Source: Candidatus Kaiserbacteria bacterium
Lineage (GTDB): Bacteria; Patescibacteriota; Minisyncoccia; Phycocordibacterales; UBA2100
Assembly: GCA_016186695.1 (NCBI GenBank)
Contig: JACPLC010000001.1
Coordinates: 174,706-238,705 of the forward strand
Direction of reading: 5' to 3'
Length of the DNA: 64,000 bases
Under the pieces are notes generated by a model. That model saw only the letters and a list, made by a program, of their open reading frames with translations, did not search any database and had not been told where the DNA came from. A program made the position numbers and the translations under genes. Positions 54,541-62,875 of this stretch are shown piece by piece (positions within the stretch are counted from its first letter, which is position 1; each line of letters starts with the position of its first letter).

Positions 54541-54945
54541 ATGATCGAAGTCGAATTCCTGCCCATTTTTTTCGCGGGCGTTGTTTCAGTTGTCATCGGA
54601 TTCATTTGGTATCATCCGAAAGTATTCGGTTCCGCGTGGGTACGACTCACGAATCTTTCACCGGAGGCGGTTGAGAAAGGAAAGAAGCGGATGCCACTGA
54701 TGGCATTCATCGGATTGTTCGCGAGCATGTTTGTGGCGTACGTGATGAATTACTTCGGCATCGCATGGGGTGTTTATGATGTGATAGGTGCGATCGAGCT
54801 CGGCTTTTGGTGTTGGATCGGATTTGTCGCGCCAACGATGCTCGGAATAGTTCTCTGGGAGCAGAAAGCATTCAAGCTCTACCTCATCAATTCGCTCTAT
54901 TGGCTGGTCTCATTCGTCATAATGGCGATCATCCTCGTATTTTGA
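54541..54945 (+). CDS. DUF1761-family membrane protein
   Basis: Four TM helices. The N-terminal LPIFFAGVVSVVIGFIWYHPKVFGSAW matches the DUF1761 signature. Confidence 0.6.
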   Translation: MIEVEFLPIFFAGVVSVVIGFIWYHPKVFGSAWVRLTNLSPEAVEKGKKRMPLMAFIGLFASMFVAYVMNYFGIAWGVYDVIGAIELGFWCWIGFVAPTMLGIVLWEQKAFKLYLINSLYWLVSFVIMAIILVF

Positions 54946-54957
54946 TTTAATAGCGGG

Positions 54958-55437
54958 ATGAAACGAACCATAACGATCGCGCTCATCCTCGCCGCGTGCG
55001 CGTTCCTCATTTCGCTCATATACGTTGAGCTCCCATTCTCTTCTCCGAGCGGCGACTCCGTCGCGAACGAACAGCTGCTGTCAGCTTCATCGACCATCCA
55101 GATAAAGGATCGTACCATCAGGGTCGAGATCGCAGATACTTCCGGCGAGCGGGAGAGGGGACTAAGTGGGAAAGAGGGACTCGCGGAAGATGAAGGGATG
55201 CTTTTTGTTTTTGAAGAAGACGGTCGCCCCGCGTTTTGGATGAAGGACATGCTCTTTGCTATTGACATCCTATGGATTTCCTCCGATGGTGCAATAGTCC
55301 ATATCGAAGAAAATGTCGCGCCGGAAACATATCCGACTGCGTTTGCTCCGAGAAACGAGGCGAGATACGTAGTAGAGCTTCCCGCAGGGTACGTAGCAAA
55401 GTATACTGTGCGACCCGGCGACATTGTGCGACTCTAG
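54958..55437 (+). CDS. DUF192-domain protein (secreted)
   Basis: Signal anchor, then the DUF192 pattern: RVEIADTSGERERGLSGKEGLAEDEGMLFVFEE...FWMKDMLFAIDILWISSDGAIVHI. Confidence 0.7.
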   Translation: MKRTITIALILAACAFLISLIYVELPFSSPSGDSVANEQLLSASSTIQIKDRTIRVEIADTSGERERGLSGKEGLAEDEGMLFVFEEDGRPAFWMKDMLFAIDILWISSDGAIVHIEENVAPETYPTAFAPRNEARYVVELPAGYVAKYTVRPGDIVRL

Positions 55438-55521
55438 GATCCGGCAGGCAGGGTTTTCCACAGCTCGCTGAATAGAAATCTTTGAAAAGGCGGGGGTACA
55501 ATGGACGTCCGTTAAAAACTA

Positions 55522-57780
55522 ATGTCAATGCGCATGACAAAAACGATCAGAGAGCGAGTAGCGAGACCGGGAGCTCAAACAGCACGCGTGAGTATCGTTG
55601 GAGATAGTGCCGCCATGCGCGTATACAAAAAATACCTGCCTCAAATCCAGAAGCGCGATGGCAGGATCGTACCATTCGAGCTTTCAAAGATCGTGAGTGC
55701 CATCGAAAAAGCGATGAAAGCCTCGAACGAAGGCTCGGGAGATGAGGCGATGGTGTTTGCACACAAAGTTGCGAGCGAAATGATGCGCATTGCGAAGACC
55801 TACAAGAACTTTTTGCCCACTGTCGAAGGTTGTCAGGACGAAGTCGAGCGTCAGTTGATGCTGAGCGACTACGTTGCAACCTCGAAATCGTACATTTTGT
55901 ATCGTGCGGAGCGAAGCAAGATCCGCAAAGAGCAGGGCGAGGTACCCGAGCATGTACGAAAGCTTTCTGAGGAGAGCAAAAAGTATTTCAAAAACAATCC
56001 GCTCGGCGAATTTGTATATCTCCGCACCTACGCGCGCTGGATCGAGAGCGAGCAGCGTCGCGAGACGTGGATCGAGACCGTCGATCGCTATGTAAATTTC
56101 ATGCGTGAAAATCTCGGCGACAAACTTAACGTACGGGAGTACGGGCAGGTGCGCGAAGCGATCCTCAAGCAGGAGGTGATGCCCTCGATGCGCGCGATGC
56201 AGTTTTCGGGAGATCCCGCGCGCAAGTGCAACACGTGTTTCTACAACTGCTCGTTCATCGCACCGCGCAAGCTCGAAGATTTTGCGGAGATCATGTACCT
56301 CTCGATGCAAGGGTGCGGTGTCGGCTACGCTGTCGAAAGTTACAACATCCAGCAGCTCCCGCAGATAGAAAAACAGACCGGAGAAAAATTGCCGATGCAT
56401 GTCGTCGCAGACACGAAAGAAGGTTGGTGCGATGCCTTGACTCTCGGTCTCAAGAACTGGTACAGCGGTAAGGACATCGAATTTGATTTTTCGCTCATTC
56501 GTCCCGCAGGCGCGCGCTTGAAGACAATGGGAGGGAAAGCATCGGGGCCGGAGCCGCTCCGCTCGCTGCTTTCGTTTGCACGCGAGCGGATATTGAAGCG
56601 ACAGGGAAGACGCCTCCGCAACATCGATGCGCACGATATCATCTGCAAGGTAGGTGAGTGCGTGGTTGCGGGTGGCGTGCGCCGCACCGCAATGATTAGT
56701 CTCTCGGACTTGGACGATGTCGAGATCCGCGATGCCAAAAAAGGCCAGTTTTTCCTCACCGATCCGTACCGAAGCGTTGCCAATAACTCCGCAGTCTATG
56801 AGACAAAGCCCACGAATGCCGAATTGATGGACGAGTGGGTCGCACTTATGAAGAGCGGTACCGGAGAGCGTGGTATTTTCAACCGCGGAAGCCTTCCCTC
56901 TACGCTACCGAAGCGTCGTCTCGAATATCTTCGCAAAAAGTACGGTAAGAAGAACGGATTCATCGGCCAGCTTGGCACGAATCCCTGCGCGGAGATCATT
57001 CTGCAGTCACACGAGTTTTGCAACCTATCGGAAGTTATCGCGCGGCCGCACGACACTGAAGCGACGCTTTTGAGAAAGACGAAGCTCGCGACACTTCTCG
57101 GTACCTATCAATCAACACTTACCAACTTCCGCTATATTTCGGAAGACTGGAAGAAGAATTGCGAAGCAGAACGGCTTCTCGGTGTTTCCATCACCGGCCA
57201 GTGGGACTCGGGGGCTGTGAGAAATCCTGCCACCTTGCGGAAGATGCGGCAGACCTCGATCAAAACGAACCAGACGTATGCGAAGCGCTTCGGCATTAAT
57301 CCTTCGCACTCGATCACCTGCGTGAAGCCTTCGGGAACCGTCTCGCAGACATTTGATTGCGCTTCGGGCATTCATCCGCGTCACTCGCAATACTATATCC
57401 GCCGCATCAGAATTTCCGCGACCGACTCACTCTACAAGATGATGCGTGATCAGGGCGTGCCGCATCACCCGGAAGTGGGGCAGGTAGCGGGCGAAGCGAA
57501 CACGTACGTCTTGGAATTTCCGGTGAAAGCACCGACAGGCTCTGTGTTTAAAGATGATCTCTCCGCGATCGAACAGCTTGAATATTGGAAAACAGTGAAG
57601 CTGAATTTCACGGAGCACAACCCTTCGGCAACGATTTCTGTAGGTGATGAGGAGTGGGTGCAGGTTGTCGCGTGGCTGTATGAAAACTGGGAGATCATCG
57701 GAGGGCTTTCGTTCCTCCCGAGAACAAACCACGTGTATCGTCTCTCGCCTTATGAAGCGATAGACAAAAAAAACGTATGA
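55522..57780 (+). CDS. nrdJ: Adenosylcobalamin-dependent (class II) ribonucleotide reductase with N-terminal ATP-cone; reading frame appears to continue in +1 to 57901
   Basis: ATP-cone is KRDGRIVPFELSKIVSAIEKAM. The RNR 10-stranded barrel includes NPCAEIILQSHEFCNLSEV (thiyl-radical Cys loop). The called stop at 57778 follows an A8 run (57756..57763). The +1 frame, 57782..57901, encodes QRVARFPQIDFSKLIIYERTDETEQAKELACAGGTCEIV, which looks like the C-terminal redox-active Cys-x-x-Cys tail of class II RNRs. Confidence 0.8.
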   Translation: MSMRMTKTIRERVARPGAQTARVSIVGDSAAMRVYKKYLPQIQKRDGRIVPFELSKIVSAIEKAMKASNEGSGDEAMVFAHKVASEMMRIAKTYKNFLPTVEGCQDEVERQLMLSDYVATSKSYILYRAERSKIRKEQGEVPEHVRKLSEESKKYFKNNPLGEFVYLRTYARWIESEQRRETWIETVDRYVNFMRENLGDKLNVREYGQVREAILKQEVMPSMRAMQFSGDPARKCNTCFYNCSFIAPRKLEDFAEIMYLSMQGCGVGYAVESYNIQQLPQIEKQTGEKLPMHVVADTKEGWCDALTLGLKNWYSGKDIEFDFSLIRPAGARLKTMGGKASGPEPLRSLLSFARERILKRQGRRLRNIDAHDIICKVGECVVAGGVRRTAMISLSDLDDVEIRDAKKGQFFLTDPYRSVANNSAVYETKPTNAELMDEWVALMKSGTGERGIFNRGSLPSTLPKRRLEYLRKKYGKKNGFIGQLGTNPCAEIILQSHEFCNLSEVIARPHDTEATLLRKTKLATLLGTYQSTLTNFRYISEDWKKNCEAERLLGVSITGQWDSGAVRNPATLRKMRQTSIKTNQTYAKRFGINPSHSITCVKPSGTVSQTFDCASGIHPRHSQYYIRRIRISATDSLYKMMRDQGVPHHPEVGQVAGEANTYVLEFPVKAPTGSVFKDDLSAIEQLEYWKTVKLNFTEHNPSATISVGDEEWVQVVAWLYENWEIIGGLSFLPRTNHVYRLSPYEAIDKKNV

Positions 57781-57940
57781 GCAACGGGTCGCGCGTTTCC
57801 CCCAGATCGATTTCTCGAAACTCATCATCTACGAGCGCACCGACGAGACGGAGCAGGCGAAAGAGTTGGCCTGCGCGGGCGGGACGTGCGAAATAGTCTA
57901 GAACAGTAAGTAGAAAGTAGTTAGTAGTCAGTAGAAAAAG

Positions 57941-57980
57941 AAAGCGCCCGACGAACCGAAGCTCGCCGGGAGCTTTCTTG
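57941..57980. terminator. Imperfect GC-rich hairpin between convergent genes (candidate bidirectional terminator)
   Basis: AAAGCGCCCGACGA-accgaagc-TCGCCGGGAGCTTT, with 12 of 14 stem pairs. It lies between the nrdJ end and the minus-strand ORF 57997..58329. Confidence 0.35.
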
Positions 57981-57996
57981 ATTCGTCGGGTTGTTC

Positions 57997-58329
57997 CTAC
58001 CGTTTGTTGACCCTCACCTTCAAGTGTCTGGTCTCGGTGTTCCAATCCGTAATCGTGAATTTACGCCGAGCTTCCTCAGGGCTGTTGATAATCATAAACA
58101 CGCCGGTCGATGCCACCGCAGCTTGGGCAATCAGTCCAAAAAGCGGTTCATCGGCGGGATCGAATGTCAGAGTTCCGCCTTCCTCGATCTCAATCGTGAT
58201 CTTCTTCTGGGGCTCTGGGATTAATCCGCCGACATCAATGCCGAACGGGTTTGCTTTTTTGGGCCACCACATTGCGCTTCCCTTTCTTCTTCGATGAACG
58301 CCGTCGGAACTATACGTTCTATAGACCAC
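57997..58329 (-). CDS. Hypothetical small protein (110 aa)
   Basis: The ORF fills the 450-bp gap between nrdJ and rnpB. Globular-looking composition (…GIDVGGLIPEPQKKITIEIEEGGTLTFDPADEP…). No family recognised. Confidence 0.3.
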   Translation of the reverse strand: MVYRTYSSDGVHRRRKGSAMWWPKKANPFGIDVGGLIPEPQKKITIEIEEGGTLTFDPADEPLFGLIAQAAVASTGVFMIINSPEEARRKFTITDWNTETRHLKVRVNKR

Positions 58330-58352
58330 TTGTCAATTGGAGTGTATATTAC

Positions 58353-58692
58353 ACGTCTGCGTTAGGCAGTCGCTGTGTGCCGCAAGGCGCATAGAGGAAA
58401 GTCCGGACACAGGCTCCTCAAAGGAGCAGCAGGGTAGCGGGTAACGCCCGTCCGCCGCGAGGCGAGAGATGCGAACAGTGACGCCAAGGCTGAAAGGCCA
58501 AGGGCTCCTCCGGGAGTAATCACATCGAAAGGTGTGGGTGCAACGGCAAAACTCTTACTTCTGTGCAAGGCCGTGTCCAGCCGCAATTTTCAATTGAAAT
58601 TGCTGCTGGAAGAGCCGCTTGACCCTGAGAGTAATCGAAGGGCTAGATAGATGATTGTCCTCGACAGAATCCGGCTTAATTACGCAGACAAA
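58353..58692 (+). ncRNA. rnpB: RNase P RNA (bacterial type A)
   Basis: The universally conserved P4 strands are present: GAGGAAAGTCCGGACAC at about 58394..58410 and ACAGAATCCGGCTTA at about 58665..58679. P1 pairing joins ACGTCTGCGT (58353..58362) with ACGCAGAC (58682..58689). A GNRA-rich core (GGTAACGCCC, GCGAGAGATG) lies between. A terminator hairpin follows. Confidence 0.8.
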
Positions 58693-58716
58693 ATCCCCCG
58701 CAAGGGGGATTTTGTA
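58691..58716 (+). terminator. Rho-independent terminator after rnpB
   Basis: AAAATCCCCCGCAAGGGGGATTTTG: a CCCCC-gcaa-GGGGG stem with a T-run. Confidence 0.7.
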
Positions 58717-58717
58717 T

Positions 58718-61012
58718 ATGCTATACTCTTTCTCGATGCAGTATTTTGCCCGCGCAGAATCAGTGGTTCGGTGGTCAGTCTTTCTTCTCTTCCTGCTCGC
58801 TCCATTTTTCTTCATCCCCGTTCCGTGGGTGAGCGTCGTGCAGGCAAAAATGCTTTTGTCGGTCGTTGTTATCACCGTCTGTTTTCTTGCATGGATCGCG
58901 ATGTCTCTCAAAGATTCTGAGATCCGGATCCCGCGAAGCTGGCTCCTCATCGCAGCGCTTTCTATTCCGCTTGCGTATCTCATCTCCGCACTTGTGTCAG
59001 GGCCTTCGTGGAGTTCGCTCATTGGTGAGGGTGGAGGGCAGGATACGGTCGTCGGGTTTGTCATTTGGTACGTGGCGCTCTTTCTTTCGGCAGTCATTCT
59101 CGGCGCACAGGCGAATAGACCGGCTCTTGCGGTTCGACTCCTCATGTTGAGCACCGCTGTCATCATCGTGGTTCAAGCAATGCGCCTTCTTCTTCCCGCG
59201 TTTACGTTTGGTGGGGTGCTATCTCTCCCCGCGACCTCTGTCGTGGGGAGTTGGCACGATCTCGGCATTTATCTTTCTCTCGCGCTTTTCCTTTCGCTTG
59301 CCCTCCTTTCCACCTCAGTATTCGAGGGCGCATGGCGCTACGTCGCACTTGCTGCTCTCGTTGGCGCCGCGGTACTCCTTGTCGTCGTCAACTATTCGGA
59401 TGTATGGCTTGCGCTCGCGGGAGTTAGTCTCTTGTACGCTCTTTTTCGCTTTCGTATGCCACCAGCCGGTGCGCGTTTCGGAGGATACAAACTTTCGCTC
59501 TTGTGGCTTCTCATCGCGCTTCTTGCGGGTGCGATGTATTTCGTAGGACCCGCGCTTCAGCGCGCGCTTCCAGCATCCCTCCAGATCACGCAAGTCGAAG
59601 TGCGGCCCTCTTGGAAAGGCACCTTCGCCATCGGTCGGGAAGTGTTTGCAGAACCGACGCAGATCCTATTTGGCTCGGGTCCCAACACCTTTCCGCGGGA
59701 GTGGGGCCGCTATAAGCCGCTTTCGGTCAACACCACGCAATTCTGGAATACCGATTTTTATTACGGGGTCGGATTTATTCCGACGTCGCTCGTGACGACC
59801 GGTATATTGGGCCTTATCGCATGGATCGCTATGTGCGGAGCTCTTCTCATACGTGTCGTTCGGCTGTTCCGCGAAAGCTCCAGCGCATCACTCCTGCGCG
59901 CCGCACTCGTCTTCTCGGCGGTATTCCTGACCGTCTACCATATTCTCTACGTTCCCGGTCCGGCGCTTTCTCTTCTCACATTCCTCCTCTTTGGTGCCGT
60001 CGTAGCCGAAGAGGTCCTCACCGGCTCGATCTCACGCTCCGTCATATCAGTCTCGTGGGATCTCTGGAAGGGGAGAGCGGCCGCGCTCGCGCTTTCTCTC
60101 GCCGGACTCGTTCTATTTTTTGGCGGTGTGCAGTCGACGCGCGCACTTGTCTCAGACGTGCTCGTGAATCGCGCGATCGTGCAATATCAATCCTCACAAG
60201 ACATCGGTAAAGCATCTCGATCAATCGCACTTTCAATTATCGTATTGCCCGGAAGTGATCGGGCGAACCGCGCCGGCGTCGAGCTCGGCATTTTGCAGCT
60301 TGCCGCTCTTGCGTCGAGCTCGGACGGCAGCTCCGGTGCACAGGCGGAGCTGCAGGGTACGTTGAATGCGACTATTCAGCACGGACTCGCAGCGGTCGCT
60401 ATAGATAGTCGTAACTATCAAAATTGGCTCACACTCGCGCGGCTCTACGGAGAACTCGCGGGTGCAGGGGTAACGGGCGCGGAAGAAGCAGCGCGCGAAG
60501 CGTACAAAGAGGCAGCGTCTGCGAGTCCCACTAATCCACTTTCGTACCTTGGTCTCGCACAGCTCGATATTGTGAAGGGAGACGATGCAAGCGCGCGCAA
60601 AAATCTCGAGACGGCAATCGGGATCAAGCCGGATCTTGCAGCTGCGCACTTCTTGCTCTCGCAGATTTTTGCGCGCGCAAATGCACTTCCCGATGCGAAA
60701 CAACACGCGGAGACAGTTGTACAGATCGCACCGCAGGATGCACTCGGCTGGTATAACCACGGCACTGTCATGTATGCGTTGCAGGACTATGAAAATGCCG
60801 TGCTCTCTTTTGAACACGCGGTCAGCATTGAGAGTAACTACGCGAATGCCCTCTTTCTTCTGGGACTCTCGTATTACCGGCTTGACCGAAGCGATGATGC
60901 ACTGAGGGTCCTACGGGCTGTCGCAGCCACGAACCCAGACGATGCTGCACTGCGCGACACAATAGAGGACATCGAGGCTGGCCGGGATCCATTCGCCCCC
61001 TCGGCGAGGTAG
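58718..61012 (+). CDS. Polytopic membrane protein with O-antigen-ligase/ Wzy-like core and C-terminal TPR repeats
   Basis: The ORF track starts at 58655, inside rnpB. Met 58718 (MLYSFSMQYF...) is used instead. There are about 10-12 TM helices with a large loop, as in the Wzy_C/O-antigen ligase family. The C-terminal 200 aa contain TPR repeats (…NYQNWLTLARLYGELAG…, …ALGWYNHGTVMYALQDYENAVLSFEHAVSIESNYANALFLLGLSYYRLDRSDDALRVL…). Confidence 0.6.
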   Translation: MLYSFSMQYFARAESVVRWSVFLLFLLAPFFFIPVPWVSVVQAKMLLSVVVITVCFLAWIAMSLKDSEIRIPRSWLLIAALSIPLAYLISALVSGPSWSSLIGEGGGQDTVVGFVIWYVALFLSAVILGAQANRPALAVRLLMLSTAVIIVVQAMRLLLPAFTFGGVLSLPATSVVGSWHDLGIYLSLALFLSLALLSTSVFEGAWRYVALAALVGAAVLLVVVNYSDVWLALAGVSLLYALFRFRMPPAGARFGGYKLSLLWLLIALLAGAMYFVGPALQRALPASLQITQVEVRPSWKGTFAIGREVFAEPTQILFGSGPNTFPREWGRYKPLSVNTTQFWNTDFYYGVGFIPTSLVTTGILGLIAWIAMCGALLIRVVRLFRESSSASLLRAALVFSAVFLTVYHILYVPGPALSLLTFLLFGAVVAEEVLTGSISRSVISVSWDLWKGRAAALALSLAGLVLFFGGVQSTRALVSDVLVNRAIVQYQSSQDIGKASRSIALSIIVLPGSDRANRAGVELGILQLAALASSSDGSSGAQAELQGTLNATIQHGLAAVAIDSRNYQNWLTLARLYGELAGAGVTGAEEAAREAYKEAASASPTNPLSYLGLAQLDIVKGDDASARKNLETAIGIKPDLAAAHFLLSQIFARANALPDAKQHAETVVQIAPQDALGWYNHGTVMYALQDYENAVLSFEHAVSIESNYANALFLLGLSYYRLDRSDDALRVLRAVAATNPDDAALRDTIEDIEAGRDPFAPSAR

Positions 61013-61015
61013 CGC

Positions 61016-62713
61016 ATGATGCGGGAAACCTTGAGATTTCTCGCCTCACCGGTGCGGGGTCTGCAGGCAGCGGTGTACGTATTAGCTGCCTCGGCACTTC
61101 TCTCCTCTCTTCTTGCGCTTGTTCGCGACCGCTTGTTTGCAGGGAGCTTTGGTGCCGGAGCGGAGCTCGACATCTATTACGCTGCATTCCGTATACCGGA
61201 TTTTCTTTTTGTGATGACCGGCGCACTCGTTTCCGTCTATATACTGATTCCCGAACTTTTGCGGCGCTCATCTGAAAAGCAAAAGGATTACATCGACACG
61301 GTGCTCTTGGGGTTCAGCGCTCTTGCGGTTGTTCTCTCTTCAATCGCGGCGCTCCTTGCGCCCTCGCTCTTAGTGATGCTCTTTCCGGATTTTGCCGCAC
61401 GCGGCTATCTACCGACCTTGACCGTGCTCACCCGCATCATGCTCTTACAACCGATCCTTTTGGGACTCTCCAACATTCTCGCGAGTATCACGCAGGCGCG
61501 TGGGCGCTACATCTTGTACGCGGCATCGCCGCTCCTTTACAACCTCGGCATTATCTTCGGACTTCTCGCGCTCTACCCATACTTCGGGATAGCTGGTCTC
61601 GCGTGGGGAGTGGTGCTCGGTGCCGCACTTCACCTCGGAGTACAGCTTCCCTCGATTGTAGGCGAGGGGTTTTTCCGCTCACTTCCTAGCTTTAGCGAGC
61701 GCTCTGCGCTATTGCAGACAGCAGCAATATCGATTCCGCGTGCGCTCACACTCTCGATGAACCAGATCACGTTTACCGGATTGACTGCTCTTGCTTCCGG
61801 ACTTTCCACAGGGTCGATCGCAGTATATATCTTCGGATTCAATCTCATGAGTGTTCCTCTTTCTGTCATCGGCGCTTCTTACTCTGTTGCTGCCTTTCCG
61901 ACGCTCGCCTCTGCGCTCGCGGAAGGCCGCGCGCGGGAATTCATCGAGTATGTATCGACCGCTGCCCGCTACATACTCTTCTGGTCGCTTCCCGTCATAG
62001 GGCTCATCATTGTGCTTCGCGCACATATTGTGCGTGTGATCCTCGGGAGCGGCTCCTTCGACTGGACCGATACACGTCTCACTGCTGCGGTCTTCGCACT
62101 TCTCTCCATATCGCTTGCAGCGCAAGCGCTTATGCTCCTCCTCGCACGCGCCTATTACGCCGCGGGCCGAACATTCGTACCTTTTTTTATCGCGGTAGCG
62201 TCGACGGCTCTCACGATGTACCTCGCAATCCTTTTCACGGGTCAGCTTGCAGAAACAAGTGTGCTTCGCTTTGTCGAGCGCGTGATGCGTCTCGAAGATG
62301 TTTCAGGAAGCGCGATCGTGGCTCTGCCGATCGCGTTTTCGCTAGTCTCCATCGGCGGAGTCGTCGCGCTTATCGTTCATTTCGAACAGCGTTTCGGCGG
62401 ATTCTTCTCCCTGATAAAAGTTTCTCTCATGCAGGCTGTGCTTGCCGGCATTGGCGCGGCACTTGCCGCCTATGCCACGCTTGTCGTTGTGGGACCTCTG
62501 ACACTTTCCTCAACGCTCGCGTCAGTTTTTATCCGGGGACTTGCTGGGGGGATTGCAGGGGTTTGTGCGGCCGTGCTCGTGTATGCCATCTTGAGGAATC
62601 GTGAGTATGAGGAAACAGTTTCCGCAATTCATGGGAAACTCTGGAAGTTGCCACTTCCAAAAGCCCAGCCCATCGCATCAGCTGAGGAGATTAGTGCTTC
62701 AAGTCCCCAATAG
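61016..62713 (+). CDS. murJ: Lipid II flippase MurJ (MviN)
   Basis: LVRDRLFAGSFGAGAELDIYYAAFRIPDFLFVM matches the MurJ N-terminal signature. 14 TM helices, 565 aa. Confidence 0.8.
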   Translation: MMRETLRFLASPVRGLQAAVYVLAASALLSSLLALVRDRLFAGSFGAGAELDIYYAAFRIPDFLFVMTGALVSVYILIPELLRRSSEKQKDYIDTVLLGFSALAVVLSSIAALLAPSLLVMLFPDFAARGYLPTLTVLTRIMLLQPILLGLSNILASITQARGRYILYAASPLLYNLGIIFGLLALYPYFGIAGLAWGVVLGAALHLGVQLPSIVGEGFFRSLPSFSERSALLQTAAISIPRALTLSMNQITFTGLTALASGLSTGSIAVYIFGFNLMSVPLSVIGASYSVAAFPTLASALAEGRAREFIEYVSTAARYILFWSLPVIGLIIVLRAHIVRVILGSGSFDWTDTRLTAAVFALLSISLAAQALMLLLARAYYAAGRTFVPFFIAVASTALTMYLAILFTGQLAETSVLRFVERVMRLEDVSGSAIVALPIAFSLVSIGGVVALIVHFEQRFGGFFSLIKVSLMQAVLAGIGAALAAYATLVVVGPLTLSSTLASVFIRGLAGGIAGVCAAVLVYAILRNREYEETVSAIHGKLWKLPLPKAQPIASAEEISASSPQ

Positions 62714-62875
62714 AGGAGGCGCTCGGGGGTATTGCATTGTTCGGGTCGCGTCGTCGCGTGCTCGCGCCGCGCTCCCGCTCGGCCTCATCGGCCTGCGCGA
62801 AGACCCTCACAACGCAATACCCCCTCGCTGGAAAAAAGCGGAACACCTCTTTATTTGCTAGGATAGTGAATCGAT

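Noticed and set aside
58655-58717. Start codon of the 785-aa ORF at 58655
   Set aside because: It lies inside the RNase P RNA P4/P1 region and its terminator. An in-frame ATG at 58718 is more plausible.
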